Positions 47,649 through 56,799 of a stretch of 64,000 nt of DNA are shown here, in pieces. Within the stretch, counting starts at the first letter, position 1, and each line of letters opens with the position of its first letter. This DNA is from Alphaproteobacteria bacterium (GTDB lineage Bacteria; Pseudomonadota; Alphaproteobacteria; RF32; CAG-239), in the NCBI GenBank assembly GCA_017444525.1, contig JAFSWL010000022.1:6646-70645 (forward strand), read 5' to 3'. The position numbers and the translations under genes were made by a program. Below the pieces are notes generated by a model, which searched no databases, had not been told where the DNA came from, and worked only from the letters and a program-made list of their open reading frames with translations.

Positions 47649-48759
47649 CTGCGTTCTCCTTGTTGTTTTTCTCTTTTTGCTGTTTATAATACTTTTGACC
47701 TTCGGCGAATGCCTGTTCCGAGAGGGCATCATAATTCCTATTATTGGCGTTATCGTATGCGTTTTGTCCGGCTTCTACTTTGCTTGATACTTTGCTGATT
47801 GTTTTGGCAACTTCCGGATTATATTCCGGACTTCCTGAATAAATATCCGCCATGGAATTAAAGGCTGAAGAGAAATCTTTGCGTTTAATGGCATCGATGC
47901 CTTTATTAACCAAATTTGTTACATCGCCTAAAGTTATACCGTTTGAACCGTATTGCGGTGTTCTGACACCATGTTCTTTCAATTTTTTAACAGTTTCTTC
48001 TGTTTTTTCACCGAGAACATCGGCTGTATCGTCAAGACGAACCCTATTCGCGCGCTCTTTCAAAATATTGGAAATATGAGAGGATTCAAACAATAACACA
48101 TTCAACCAACGATTATTGGCACGCCGCATTACCACACCGTAGTTCCATTCTAATTCCATAATATCTTTACTTGAGTTTTTAGCTTCTTTAGGTCCCCTTT
48201 CGGCATCTGACTTAGAAAGCTTTTTTGATTCATCTTGTAGCTGTTTGCGCGTAACCAAAGCATTCGCGTAATCAATTGCCAAATTTTCAATCGTCAGATT
48301 ATTCATAGACACATCCTTAGCTACTGATACTTGAACATCGTTATCAATGTGTTTTTTCTTAAAATAGGACATAAGCACCTGACGCTTGGTCATCGGCGAA
48401 GTATATTCACCGCAATCGGTCGCAGCATCAATCCCCGGCCATTGCAAGTTGCTTATCTTTGTATTAAAAAATTCAGAATAATCTCCGGTGTCAATAAATT
48501 TACGAGCTTTTTGAGCGCCGTTTAGAACTTTTATTGCCGTACGTGCTAAACCTTTGGCCTTTTTTTGATTTTTGGTATCGGTGGTTTTTTCCTGCAAATT
48601 GACTTGTCCCTTAACATTGTCATTAACATATAAAGATACGTCTTCTTCGCCGATTTCCACACCTCCGATAAAATCCTTAATAAAATCAAGCTCTGCAGCC
48701 GCGTATTTCGGTAACAGAAGTCCGATGACAATTATAAATGTCGCTATATATTTTTTCAT
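47614..48759 (-). CDS. secreted protein (381 aa)
   Basis: Signal peptide MKKYIATFIIVIGLLLPKYAAA and GGAAGGAGG RBS. No family recognised. Confidence 0.65.
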   Translation of the reverse strand: MKKYIATFIIVIGLLLPKYAAAELDFIKDFIGGVEIGEEDVSLYVNDNVKGQVNLQEKTTDTKNQKKAKGLARTAIKVLNGAQKARKFIDTGDYSEFFNTKISNLQWPGIDAATDCGEYTSPMTKRQVLMSYFKKKHIDNDVQVSVAKDVSMNNLTIENLAIDYANALVTRKQLQDESKKLSKSDAERGPKEAKNSSKDIMELEWNYGVVMRRANNRWLNVLLFESSHISNILKERANRVRLDDTADVLGEKTEETVKKLKEHGVRTPQYGSNGITLGDVTNLVNKGIDAIKRKDFSSAFNSMADIYSGSPEYNPEVAKTISKVSSKVEAGQNAYDNANNRNYDALSEQAFAEGQKYYKQQKEKNNKENADEKADENNNQK

Positions 48760-48789
48760 CCTATCCTCCTTCCGTTGCCGTCCTATATA

Positions 48790-50346
48790 TTAGTTCCAAT
48801 CATTGCAACTAACAGATAAACCGTAGTCTCGTTTTACTTGAGCGCAAGCTTGTCCAGAAAATACGGTTGATGCTGCTTGATTCAATATATTAAGGTAATA
48901 CTGTGCATCCTCTTTGATACCAGCCGCAGTGTCAGGATCGTTTATTAATGATGAATAGCGATTATAAGCTTCAACATAAGTTTCTTGCGACATACCTTTA
49001 GCCGTAGCCAAATAGTTATCGTCGCGGCTGCTTTGCTGTTCTTTCTTCTTGACTTGTTCAACTTCAGTCAAGCGATCAAGAGCTTTTTGTGCATTGGAGA
49101 TTTCTTTGTCTGTTGCATCGGGTGCATTCATCGCTGCCGTCAAATCTTGGCGCAATTGTTCAACCTCATCCTGATGCGCTGCGAAATCCTCGGCACTCAT
49201 TTTTTCATACGCATCTATTTTGCTTGAGCCATTGACTATAACCTCTTTCAAAACCGTACCGCCATTCTTCTCAACCAAATCGCAGGCACCCTCGTAACAC
49301 TCAAAAGTTTCGCCTGTCTTGGCACGATATACTCCATCAGGGCAAGCGCCGGTTTTACCGTTGATTTCACACTGATTGCTGCCAAGGAATGTGCCGGCAA
49401 CCGTACCCTCATCTCCGTAATCGCCTTCTTCAGAAGTGCCTAATTGTCCTTCTTCATTTGATTCTTCTGCTTCGTCTTTCTCAGCTTTGTCTTTTGCAGA
49501 AGCATCCGGGCTTTCCGGTGTAATACTGGTTTCGTTGCTGATAACACCGGAATCCGTCTCGGTTGAAGCAGAACCTTTTACCGTGGTTTTACTGGTAGCA
49601 TATTCAACATCGCTTAATATTGCCGAAGGATCTATGTCCCTGATAGCATCAATTGCCGTATATTTGAGATTCTCTGCATATAATTCCCGCAAATTATTTA
49701 TTATATCCGTAGCAAACGCATGTGCATTGGTAAGTGCCCCCTCAGTATCACGCTGAGTGTTGGATTTTGCCGTAGCGGTGGAATAAGCATTTTGCGTTTC
49801 GTTGTAATTAATCACACTTTTTAATTTATCGGTTGCTACCGTAAGCGTATCATTAAGTGCCTGATAACGCATTTCATCATAATCTTTCAACCCTTGTTCT
49901 CTAATGGCGGAGTTGTCGTTATTCATAGCTTTAACGTATTTTTTGATACATTCCTCAATTTTACTTAAATCTTTGGCAATGTCTTCGGCATTTACTTTGC
50001 AATACATCATCATTTTTTGCGGAAATAGCGGACGATCATGATATAAATTGCTGTATTTCACATCTTCGGCTTCTTTTTTGGCCTCTTCATCAGCTTTTGC
50101 CGTTGCATCTGCTTCTGCCGGATTTGTCTTTGAAGCATCGGCGGAAACACTGGCGGAACCGCCTGAAGATTTGCCGTTTGAGCCGTTTGCAGCATAACCA
50201 AATGTTGTTTCCTTGGATGCTTGCCCGTTATTATAAGTTATCGTATCATTTTTAACTTCATCGCCGGAAAAGGCCGCCGATGCATTATATAACATTATAA
50301 AAGCACTCAGTATAAATATTTTCAGTAAACTATTTTCTTTTATCAT
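48790..50346 (-). CDS. secreted protein (518 aa) with helical N-half, acidic linker and 4-Cys module
   Basis: Signal peptide; Cys326/335/350/355 cluster (nt 49282-49371). No TM helices and no family recognised. Confidence 0.65.
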   Translation of the reverse strand: MIKENSLLKIFILSAFIMLYNASAAFSGDEVKNDTITYNNGQASKETTFGYAANGSNGKSSGGSASVSADASKTNPAEADATAKADEEAKKEAEDVKYSNLYHDRPLFPQKMMMYCKVNAEDIAKDLSKIEECIKKYVKAMNNDNSAIREQGLKDYDEMRYQALNDTLTVATDKLKSVINYNETQNAYSTATAKSNTQRDTEGALTNAHAFATDIINNLRELYAENLKYTAIDAIRDIDPSAILSDVEYATSKTTVKGSASTETDSGVISNETSITPESPDASAKDKAEKDEAEESNEEGQLGTSEEGDYGDEGTVAGTFLGSNQCEINGKTGACPDGVYRAKTGETFECYEGACDLVEKNGGTVLKEVIVNGSSKIDAYEKMSAEDFAAHQDEVEQLRQDLTAAMNAPDATDKEISNAQKALDRLTEVEQVKKKEQQSSRDDNYLATAKGMSQETYVEAYNRYSSLINDPDTAAGIKEDAQYYLNILNQAASTVFSGQACAQVKRDYGLSVSCNDWN

Positions 50347-50374
50347 TGTACATTTCCTTTTCCACTATGTAATT

Positions 50375-51163
50375 TTATTGATACGTAGGTGTCTGAGTTC
50401 CGGCAGGCTGCTTTTGCTGCTCCAATTTTTGTTCCAATTTTTGCTGTCCTGATGCCGCAATATCTTCTATCGTATCTGCAGCCATCTTATCGATTATGTT
50501 ACCGACATCATCTCCGGAAACCGCAGCTTTTGCGGCATTTTGCACGCCTGAACGATTTTTCTTGAGCCAATTAAACACTTGTGCTTTGTATTTTTGATGT
50601 TTTACGCTGTTGTTTTGTTGTGAAGATGCATTATTCTCCGTACCTGAACCGGAAGCCGCTCCCAAAGATGTACCGGAAGAACCGTCGCCGGCGGCATTGG
50701 CTTTGTCCTCTTCTTCCCATGCTTTATCTTCTTGCTGTTCTTTCAGCTCTTCATCAAGTTTTTTTTGCAAATATTCTCTACCCTTGCGTTTTTGTTCGGC
50801 AACAAATTCTTGTGATTGGGTTTCGACAGTTTTTTCACCGGCAGCATATACCGTTCCGAACGGATCATCTCCGAAACGTCCCCAATTCATATTATTTATA
50901 AATTTATTAAACATTTTATTATACGTCGATCGTACTTCCGGACTGTTGCCGCGTTCGGCATTTTCTTCTACCAGCTTGCGATTGTTATGTGCTTTTGTAC
51001 TTTGATTTTTTTCAATGGTACTCAAAGTCCATGAGCGCATATAGTCGGCCATATATGTTTTAAAAAATATCGGAATGCCCTGTGCTTTGGCATTGCATGC
51101 ACAGAGAGTTATCGCCACAACAAGGACAACCGTTTGAATTATTTTTTGCGCTTTTCCAGTCAT
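50375..51163 (-). CDS. secreted protein or lipoprotein (262 aa), possible paralog of the adjacent 234-aa protein
   Basis: Signal peptide with possible lipobox (ITLCAC). Has a central K/E coil and a C-terminal FNWLKKN...GNIIDKMAAD block. Confidence 0.6.
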   Translation of the reverse strand: MTGKAQKIIQTVVLVVAITLCACNAKAQGIPIFFKTYMADYMRSWTLSTIEKNQSTKAHNNRKLVEENAERGNSPEVRSTYNKMFNKFINNMNWGRFGDDPFGTVYAAGEKTVETQSQEFVAEQKRKGREYLQKKLDEELKEQQEDKAWEEEDKANAAGDGSSGTSLGAASGSGTENNASSQQNNSVKHQKYKAQVFNWLKKNRSGVQNAAKAAVSGDDVGNIIDKMAADTIEDIAASGQQKLEQKLEQQKQPAGTQTPTYQ

Positions 51164-51186
51164 CAGTCCCGTCTCCCGTTATTCTA

Positions 51187-51891
51187 TTATCTTGTCGGGG
51201 TTTCCGTGTTACCCGACTTTGTCGCCTCGTTATTCTCGTATTTTTTAACTTGCGCATCTATAGCCGCACTGCCGACGTCATTAACCAAACGATCAACTGC
51301 ACCTTCATAATTATTGTTTGCAACCGAATTGACAATTCCCTCAACTGTCGACTGCGCTTGCGAATTACTTTTGTACCAATTATATGATTTGCTTAGCAAT
51401 GACGATCTTTTCTTATCCTTTTCCTGACGCTCGCTTTTTATATTTTTTACCGCTTCATCTCTTGCTTCTTTTTCTTCGCGCAGCCGCTTATCTGCTGCTT
51501 TTTGCCGCTCATATTTTTCCATTCTCTTGGCGGTCAGCATAGCTTGTTCACTAGCTACAACCGCGCCGTATTTTTTGAGCATTTTTTCTAAACTTTCGCC
51601 GAATCTGTCGCCGGTTATAGCACCTTCCACCGTATTGATTACATTCATGTATAAATCAAGCGAATTAAGCGGGCCATAACCACGATCTTTCTGTGCTTTA
51701 TCAAGTTTTTCTTTTTTATCTTCTTCTATTTTCTCGTCGTGCTTTTCCGTACTATCCTGTTCGCTATTTTCGGAATTTTTCAACGAATCATCGGTAGGCA
51801 TTTCAGCATAAACACAAGTGATACCTACACCGAACAGCATCATAACAGCTAAGAGAGCAAAATATCTTATCCTCTTTAATTTATCCATCAT
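51187..51891 (-). CDS. secreted protein (234 aa)
   Basis: Signal peptide, central K/E coil and a C-terminal YNWYKSN...GAVDRLVND block resembling the 262-aa neighbour. Confidence 0.6.
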   Translation of the reverse strand: MMDKLKRIRYFALLAVMMLFGVGITCVYAEMPTDDSLKNSENSEQDSTEKHDEKIEEDKKEKLDKAQKDRGYGPLNSLDLYMNVINTVEGAITGDRFGESLEKMLKKYGAVVASEQAMLTAKRMEKYERQKAADKRLREEKEARDEAVKNIKSERQEKDKKRSSLLSKSYNWYKSNSQAQSTVEGIVNSVANNNYEGAVDRLVNDVGSAAIDAQVKKYENNEATKSGNTETPTR

Positions 51892-51972
51892 GATTGCCTC
51901 CTATAATTCCTATTGCTTTATCTTACCATATTTTTTCGCCGCTTTGTATGACATTTTTGTTAAATTTAAGTT

Positions 51973-54402
51973 TTATGAAATATCCAGATATTTGGTTAAG
52001 AAACCGTCTTCGCCGTATTCTTTGATCAACTGTTGGACAAGTAGCACGTTTTTGCGACCGGAATTATAAATACGCAGATATTTACCCAAACCACTCAAGT
52101 TAACATCCAAAATAACCGATTCACCGGTTACAGGCCGCGACAACAAAATAGCATAAGGGAAATCACGATAGCTTTTACCGAAAATAAAGTCCATTTCACT
52201 TTGCGTCAGGTTCCAGTTGGCATAATCTTCCGGCTGCGCCTGCGGGTTGCGGAAAAAGATTACGGTTTGGCATTGACCGCGAATCACTTCGCCCACACCC
52301 AACTTATCCACAATATTCGGCTGTTGGAAGGCACAAAGATAAGCCTGACGCTTTTTGCGGCCTTCCTGCAAACCGATAATAAAATAGTCTCTAAACATCG
52401 GGTGCTTTAACATCGGTGCGGTTTCATCAATCATAATCAATGACGGAACGCCGGTTTCTCCGGTTTCAGATTGAATACGGTGCATAATATAACTGATTAC
52501 CGCCGGTGCCAGATTTTCATCTTCAAAAATGTGCGTAAAATCAAATGCCATAAAACGACGACTTTTCAAGTCCAAGCTATCATTCTGTCCGTTGAATATT
52601 GCTCCGTACTGGTCCGGATTTACCCAGCGATACAGCTCGCGGCGCATATTTCCGGTCGGAGAAAAACAACTTTTATATAAATTTGATAAAAGACGCTCTT
52701 CCGGCCGCAGATAATCAAATGCCGTTGTTACGGCTCGCGCCACTTCACGATCGGCCAAAGCATCGTCAACCATGGTAATTGATTTCAACCAACGCCGTAA
52801 AAATGCACGATTTTCAGAAGTGTTGGCACAATCAAAAGGATTAAGTGACACGTTTTTCTCATCGCCATCAAAGCCGACATAAGCCCCCTTAATTGCGCGG
52901 GTAAAAATCTGCGCGCCGAGATGGCGATCGAAGAAAAATACACGCAAATCGGCATGCCGCATGGCTTGTCCGGCCAAAAATGTAAGTAATGTCGTTTTAC
53001 CTTGTCCGGTAGGTCCGATAATGCAGCAGTGGGCCACCGCAGATTCTTCGCTGCTGACATGAAATTGAAAACGATAAGCCGATCCCGACATTGTGCGAAA
53101 AACGGTTATGGCTCCGTTACCCCAGTCGCTTTTATTAAAGCCTTCCGCCGGTTTATCAAGAGTTATACCCATAGCAATAGCCCGCGACAAGAACATATAC
53201 GTACGCGGATATGTGTCGTAAGTCGGGAATTGTGTAAAGAACACTGCCTGTGTTACCCAACCCTCACGCACCGGAGTTACGCCGAATGCACGGCAGATAC
53301 GTTGAATTTCAGACTCGGCAAAATCCAATTCTTCTTTGGAACGTCCTTTGGCGATAATAGTCATCGCGTATTCTGACAGCGATTGATAGTCATTATCGCT
53401 GTCATCAATTGAAGCCAGCGCCGTAGCATATTGATCTACAACTCCGGCCGAAAAACTGGTGGTCATAGCCATACGCTGTTGTTGCATCAGCAAACCTCTG
53501 GCCTGTGCTCTGAACATCGGACGAATGTTGTGAACTATAACAAGCTCACTATCAATAGCGTTTAAGGAATAAATCATACTCTCATCCCATGCTTCACCGC
53601 AAGAACGAATACCAAAAGCAATTTCATACAAATCATTATCGCCGGAAAAAAAGTGAATTATCCCCTCTTCTTGAGTAAAGTGGATATGATCTCCGGTCAA
53701 TAGTTCACATAATCGAGCCCCCTCGGCACTGTTGATTTTCGGAGTTGGTTTGGAAACCGGACTGCATAACCTTGAAAACAAATAAAACGGGCTGTCAATC
53801 GGATTACTGCCTTCAGTCTCATACATCGGACTGACACCGTATTCCCCCAAAGTAGACATCAAGCTTTGCGAAGCATAGTTCAAATCTTTTAATGCATCTT
53901 TACGGTCGATAACCGACAATATAATATAGTGTTTATTGGTATAAATTCTATCCATTTGGTTAAACCAAACCTGCGAAATCGCATCCAATAACTTATTATT
54001 AAAGTCTCGTTTTTCACTTTCCAGCGCATCATGATCGCGAGTGGTGATTACTCGAGCAATTACCTGCATGTTCGATAAATCATCAAGCCATGATTTACGT
54101 GCTTCCATCATGGAATAGACTTTTTCGTCGGTGGCAGAAGATAAATCAACACCTTCCAGACGGAAAACACGAGCATACGAATTGTTGCGGCACTGAATGG
54201 TAACACCGTCAGACATAAGTTTTTGAAACGGCAGAAAGTCAGAAACTCGTGATTCTCGCGGCTGCGGCAAAACCCAATTACCGAATTTTGTTGCCAGCAA
54301 AACGGCAAACGAGGCTGCTGCTAAAATACCAATAAGAGCAACCACAATTTCGAAATTGCTCAATCCGCGCACAAACAGGTTGAAAAAATCGTATTCATTC
54401 AT
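51973..54402 (-). CDS. virB4: type IV secretion ATPase VirB4
   Basis: 809 aa with Walker A GPTGQGKTT, Walker B-like SLIMIDE, and the N-terminal membrane-associated region typical of VirB4/TrbE. Has a 4-nt overlap with virB3. Confidence 0.9.
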   Translation of the reverse strand: MNEYDFFNLFVRGLSNFEIVVALIGILAAASFAVLLATKFGNWVLPQPRESRVSDFLPFQKLMSDGVTIQCRNNSYARVFRLEGVDLSSATDEKVYSMMEARKSWLDDLSNMQVIARVITTRDHDALESEKRDFNNKLLDAISQVWFNQMDRIYTNKHYIILSVIDRKDALKDLNYASQSLMSTLGEYGVSPMYETEGSNPIDSPFYLFSRLCSPVSKPTPKINSAEGARLCELLTGDHIHFTQEEGIIHFFSGDNDLYEIAFGIRSCGEAWDESMIYSLNAIDSELVIVHNIRPMFRAQARGLLMQQQRMAMTTSFSAGVVDQYATALASIDDSDNDYQSLSEYAMTIIAKGRSKEELDFAESEIQRICRAFGVTPVREGWVTQAVFFTQFPTYDTYPRTYMFLSRAIAMGITLDKPAEGFNKSDWGNGAITVFRTMSGSAYRFQFHVSSEESAVAHCCIIGPTGQGKTTLLTFLAGQAMRHADLRVFFFDRHLGAQIFTRAIKGAYVGFDGDEKNVSLNPFDCANTSENRAFLRRWLKSITMVDDALADREVARAVTTAFDYLRPEERLLSNLYKSCFSPTGNMRRELYRWVNPDQYGAIFNGQNDSLDLKSRRFMAFDFTHIFEDENLAPAVISYIMHRIQSETGETGVPSLIMIDETAPMLKHPMFRDYFIIGLQEGRKKRQAYLCAFQQPNIVDKLGVGEVIRGQCQTVIFFRNPQAQPEDYANWNLTQSEMDFIFGKSYRDFPYAILLSRPVTGESVILDVNLSGLGKYLRIYNSGRKNVLLVQQLIKEYGEDGFLTKYLDIS

Positions 54403-54689
54403 GGTTCAAACTTACTCCCTTTGACCGGATACAAATTTGTGGTTTTTATATATGTTTGGCCGTAGCCGCGAAGCATTTGCGACAGGTGAGGCTCTTTCAA
54501 ACCTGCAAAAACCAAAGCGATATGTCCCGCCAAAATCAAAAATATAAAAAACAACGGATTTACATCGGCAACGCCCATTGCCATAAACATCATCGGAAAC
54601 TGTATACCTAAATTGATAATGGCCGGCACCATCGGAGCCCACAATACTTTTGGCGGCTGAGCCACGGCTTTTAAGATTTCTTCTCTCAT
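54399..54689 (-). CDS. virB3: VirB3 family protein
   Basis: 96 aa with two TM helices and the N-terminal block LKAVAQPPKVLWAP, in the usual position upstream of virB4. Confidence 0.75.
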   Translation of the reverse strand: MREEILKAVAQPPKVLWAPMVPAIINLGIQFPMMFMAMGVADVNPLFFIFLILAGHIALVFAGLKEPHLSQMLRGYGQTYIKTTNLYPVKGSKFEP

Positions 54690-55129
54690 CTTATCCTCCG
54701 TTTCAAATCGGCAACAAGCTGATGTGCTGTCTCGCGATCTCTTTGCTGCTCGTTACCGAGTTTAACAAATAGTGTAAACAATTCGTTTTCGGGAGATACT
54801 TTTAAGTGCGACGGATCTGCAGTCTGTTTTTTAACGGTTGCCGCAAATCTTTCCATTTCCTGTTCTGCCTTATCTTTTTGGTCTGAATTCAGCAAATCTT
54901 CCAATGCAGAGGCATTAACCCGTTTTCCGGCAGCTTGTGCCCGTTCAACATACGCATCTGCTTGTTTCAGTTTTTTCAATATTTCGTTGCCGCGACTGCT
55001 GAGTTTATGCAAATTGCTGTTTTGTTCGCCGGCGGTGAGTTGAGTTTCTCCGGCACGATTATCTTCCATATATGCCTGTGCCGGCATAATTATAAAACCG
55101 AAAAGAAAGGTAAGGATAATAATTTTCAT
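54686..55129 (-). CDS. small secreted helical protein (147 aa)
   Basis: Signal peptide FLFGFIIMPAQA and a charged helical body. Has a 4-nt overlap with virB3. No family recognised. Confidence 0.55.
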   Translation of the reverse strand: MKIIILTFLFGFIIMPAQAYMEDNRAGETQLTAGEQNSNLHKLSSRGNEILKKLKQADAYVERAQAAGKRVNASALEDLLNSDQKDKAEQEMERFAATVKKQTADPSHLKVSPENELFTLFVKLGNEQQRDRETAHQLVADLKRRIR

Positions 55130-55179
55130 TCAGCAATATCTCCGATTGTTATTTCTCAGCTTGAACTTCTATTTTTTGC

Positions 55180-55563
55180 CTAACTTTTATTTACTTGCAC
55201 TTTAGTGGCGTCCCCCGGCACACTACCGGCTTCGGAACCCGAGCTGTCATATTTCAGTTCAGGAATGCTTTTTCCTCCCTCGGCAACATAGTTAACGGCC
55301 GCAAACATAATACTGAGCAAAAAGCAGCTCAACATAATATATGCCAGATTTTTCCACGATATTTTGTTAAAAATGGCCATAACAGAAAATACAACCAAGC
55401 CCATTCCGGCAATCATATATCCGCTGTTGCGCAGCCCTAAACCGATAGTGGTGGCTTTATCGGCCAATTGCACAAATATATCGCTGTCGGCAAAGGCATC
55501 GGAAACGCCACCGCAAACCACTAAGAAAAGTAAAGCAAAAAAACGCATCTGCAACATTTTCAT
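55180..55563 (-). CDS. virB2: VirB2/TrbC-type pilin (paralog 1)
   Basis: Long signal peptide plus two hydrophobic helices separated by a short loop (MIAGMGLVVFSVMAIFNKISWKNLAYIMLSCFLL). The start could be ATG 55557. Confidence 0.7.
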   Translation of the reverse strand: MKMLQMRFFALLFLVVCGGVSDAFADSDIFVQLADKATTIGLGLRNSGYMIAGMGLVVFSVMAIFNKISWKNLAYIMLSCFLLSIMFAAVNYVAEGGKSIPELKYDSSGSEAGSVPGDATKVQVNKS

Positions 55564-55566
55564 CTC

Positions 55567-55923
55567 CTAACCGTTACCATTCATATTGGCTTCCATGTCC
55601 ATTTCAGAACCGGTGGCGAGTGCACCCACCTGCTCGGCAAAAGCAATAACAAAAACTCCGAGCATGATTGCAATCAGCCACTTCCAGTTAAAACTGCCAA
55701 ACATACCACCGATGCAAACACTGGCTATACCGATGGTAGCCGCCGGATAAATAACCTTGCGTAAACCGGAGAACATCGTTTTACCTGATGTAATCAAAGC
55801 GCTGAAGGTGCCGGTATCGCCGGTAGCGGCAAGTGCTTCCGTTGTATACAAAAATAAAGAAAGCACCATAGCTATCGTATAGCGGTTTTTATAAAGAAAT
55901 TCCTTTATTTTTCTGTACAACAT
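55567..55923 (-). CDS. virB2: VirB2/TrbC-type pilin (paralog 2)
   Basis: Same architecture (ATIGIASVCIGGMFGSFNWKWLIAIMLGVFVIAF). Start placed at ATG 55923 after AGGAGG; the ORF-track start at 55941 is a TTG. Confidence 0.7.
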   Translation of the reverse strand: MLYRKIKEFLYKNRYTIAMVLSLFLYTTEALAATGDTGTFSALITSGKTMFSGLRKVIYPAATIGIASVCIGGMFGSFNWKWLIAIMLGVFVIAFAEQVGALATGSEMDMEANMNGNG

Positions 55924-55946
55924 AACTCCTCCTTTCTTCAACCTGA

Positions 55947-55970
55947 GGGAGAAAGAAAATTCTCTCTCCC
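55947..55970 (-). promoter_or_regulatory. stem-loop immediately downstream of the first-transcribed pilin gene
   Basis: GGGAGAAAG (55947-55955) / CTCTCTCCC (55962-55970), 9-bp stem with one mismatch and no T-tract. Possible attenuator or mRNA-stabilising element. Confidence 0.35.
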
Positions 55971-56003
55971 TTGCGATTGAATTATACTTTTGGCAGCAAT
56001 ATA

Positions 56004-56345
56004 TTACAATGAGTCGTCGTAGTTAGTACTGGTAACTGTGCCACCGTCGTTGGAAGAAACCGCATAGTCAACAACTTTACCGGCTGCAGCCACAACTGCC
56101 AAACCCAGAGCCAAAGCGGCAAACCATGCCCATTTCAGTTTGCCGAAAATAGCTTGGAAGGCTAGTGCCACCAAACCAAAACCGCCGATTACGAACAAAA
56201 CACTTTTCGTATCCTTAAACAACTTAGATAATTTACTGATAGCGGTATCGAACACCGTAGCTGCCGAAGCATCACCTATCATAGCCACTGAAAAAATAAA
56301 AGTCATTGCCAAGATGGTGCAAATATTATTTTTCAAGAATTTCAT
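56004..56345 (-). CDS. virB2: VirB2/TrbC-type pilin (paralog 3, promoter-proximal)
   Basis: 113 aa from ATG 56345 (MKFLKNN). Signal peptide ending DASA, then FVIGGFGLVALAFQAIFGKLKWAWFAALALGLAVVAAA. The ORF-track start is 56390. Confidence 0.7.
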   Translation of the reverse strand: MKFLKNNICTILAMTFIFSVAMIGDASAATVFDTAISKLSKLFKDTKSVLFVIGGFGLVALAFQAIFGKLKWAWFAALALGLAVVAAAGKVVDYAVSSNDGGTVTSTNYDDSL

Positions 56346-56723
56346 GTTTTTTCTCCTATTTCTATTATCCACACTTTTATAATAACACACTTTTTTTCAA
56401 AATCGTACAAGTTTTTTATGAATTTTTTGTTACAATCTTTAAGTCGGCAATCGACCTTTATTCTGCATCTGCATCATGTGTGTATTATAAATATACATCG
56501 TTATGATATTCTATATTTGTAAATAAATCGTAAAGACTGATTTTTATAAACCAATGCCGTCATTTGCGATTTTATTTAGCTCTGATAAACAGCTTTGCTG
56601 AAATTTTTTGTGTGTTGCCATTCTCGCGCAGATGATAACATTGCTCATCTCCATGCGTCATTGCGGCAAAATAATGCTAATTATTATTTATTTTGCGCAT
56701 TAACTGTATTTTAACGTTATTTG

Positions 56724-56753
56724 TTGTATCTTCAACCAAAAGAGTGGGATAAT
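56724..56753 (+). promoter_or_regulatory. promoter candidate for the pilus operon
   Basis: TTGTAT (56724-56729), 18-nt spacer, extended -10 TGgGATAAT (56745-56753). Followed at once by the hairpin GCCGT-CTGAAA-ACGGC (56755-56770). Confidence 0.3.
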
Positions 56754-56799
56754 TGCCGTCTGAAAACGGCTTTATTCACTGATTCTACAGGATTTTAAA

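Noticed and set aside
56364-56372. Perfect DnaA-box consensus TTATCCACA near the rpmH/yidC-containing region, possible oriC
   Set aside because: It is a single copy, located 36 kb from rpmH in the leader of the pilin gene. There is no cluster of boxes or dnaA gene, and alphaproteobacterial origins are not normally next to rpmH. One 9-mer match is expected by chance in 128 kb of AT-rich sequence.
56755-56764. Exact match to the Neisseria 10-mer DNA uptake sequence GCCGTCTGAA, just upstream of the pilus operon
   Set aside because: Only one copy was seen in 64 kb, whereas a true DUS would be highly over-represented. It forms the 5' arm and loop of a small hairpin, and the genome does not look neisserial. 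It is noted as a coincidence unless genome-wide counts say otherwise.
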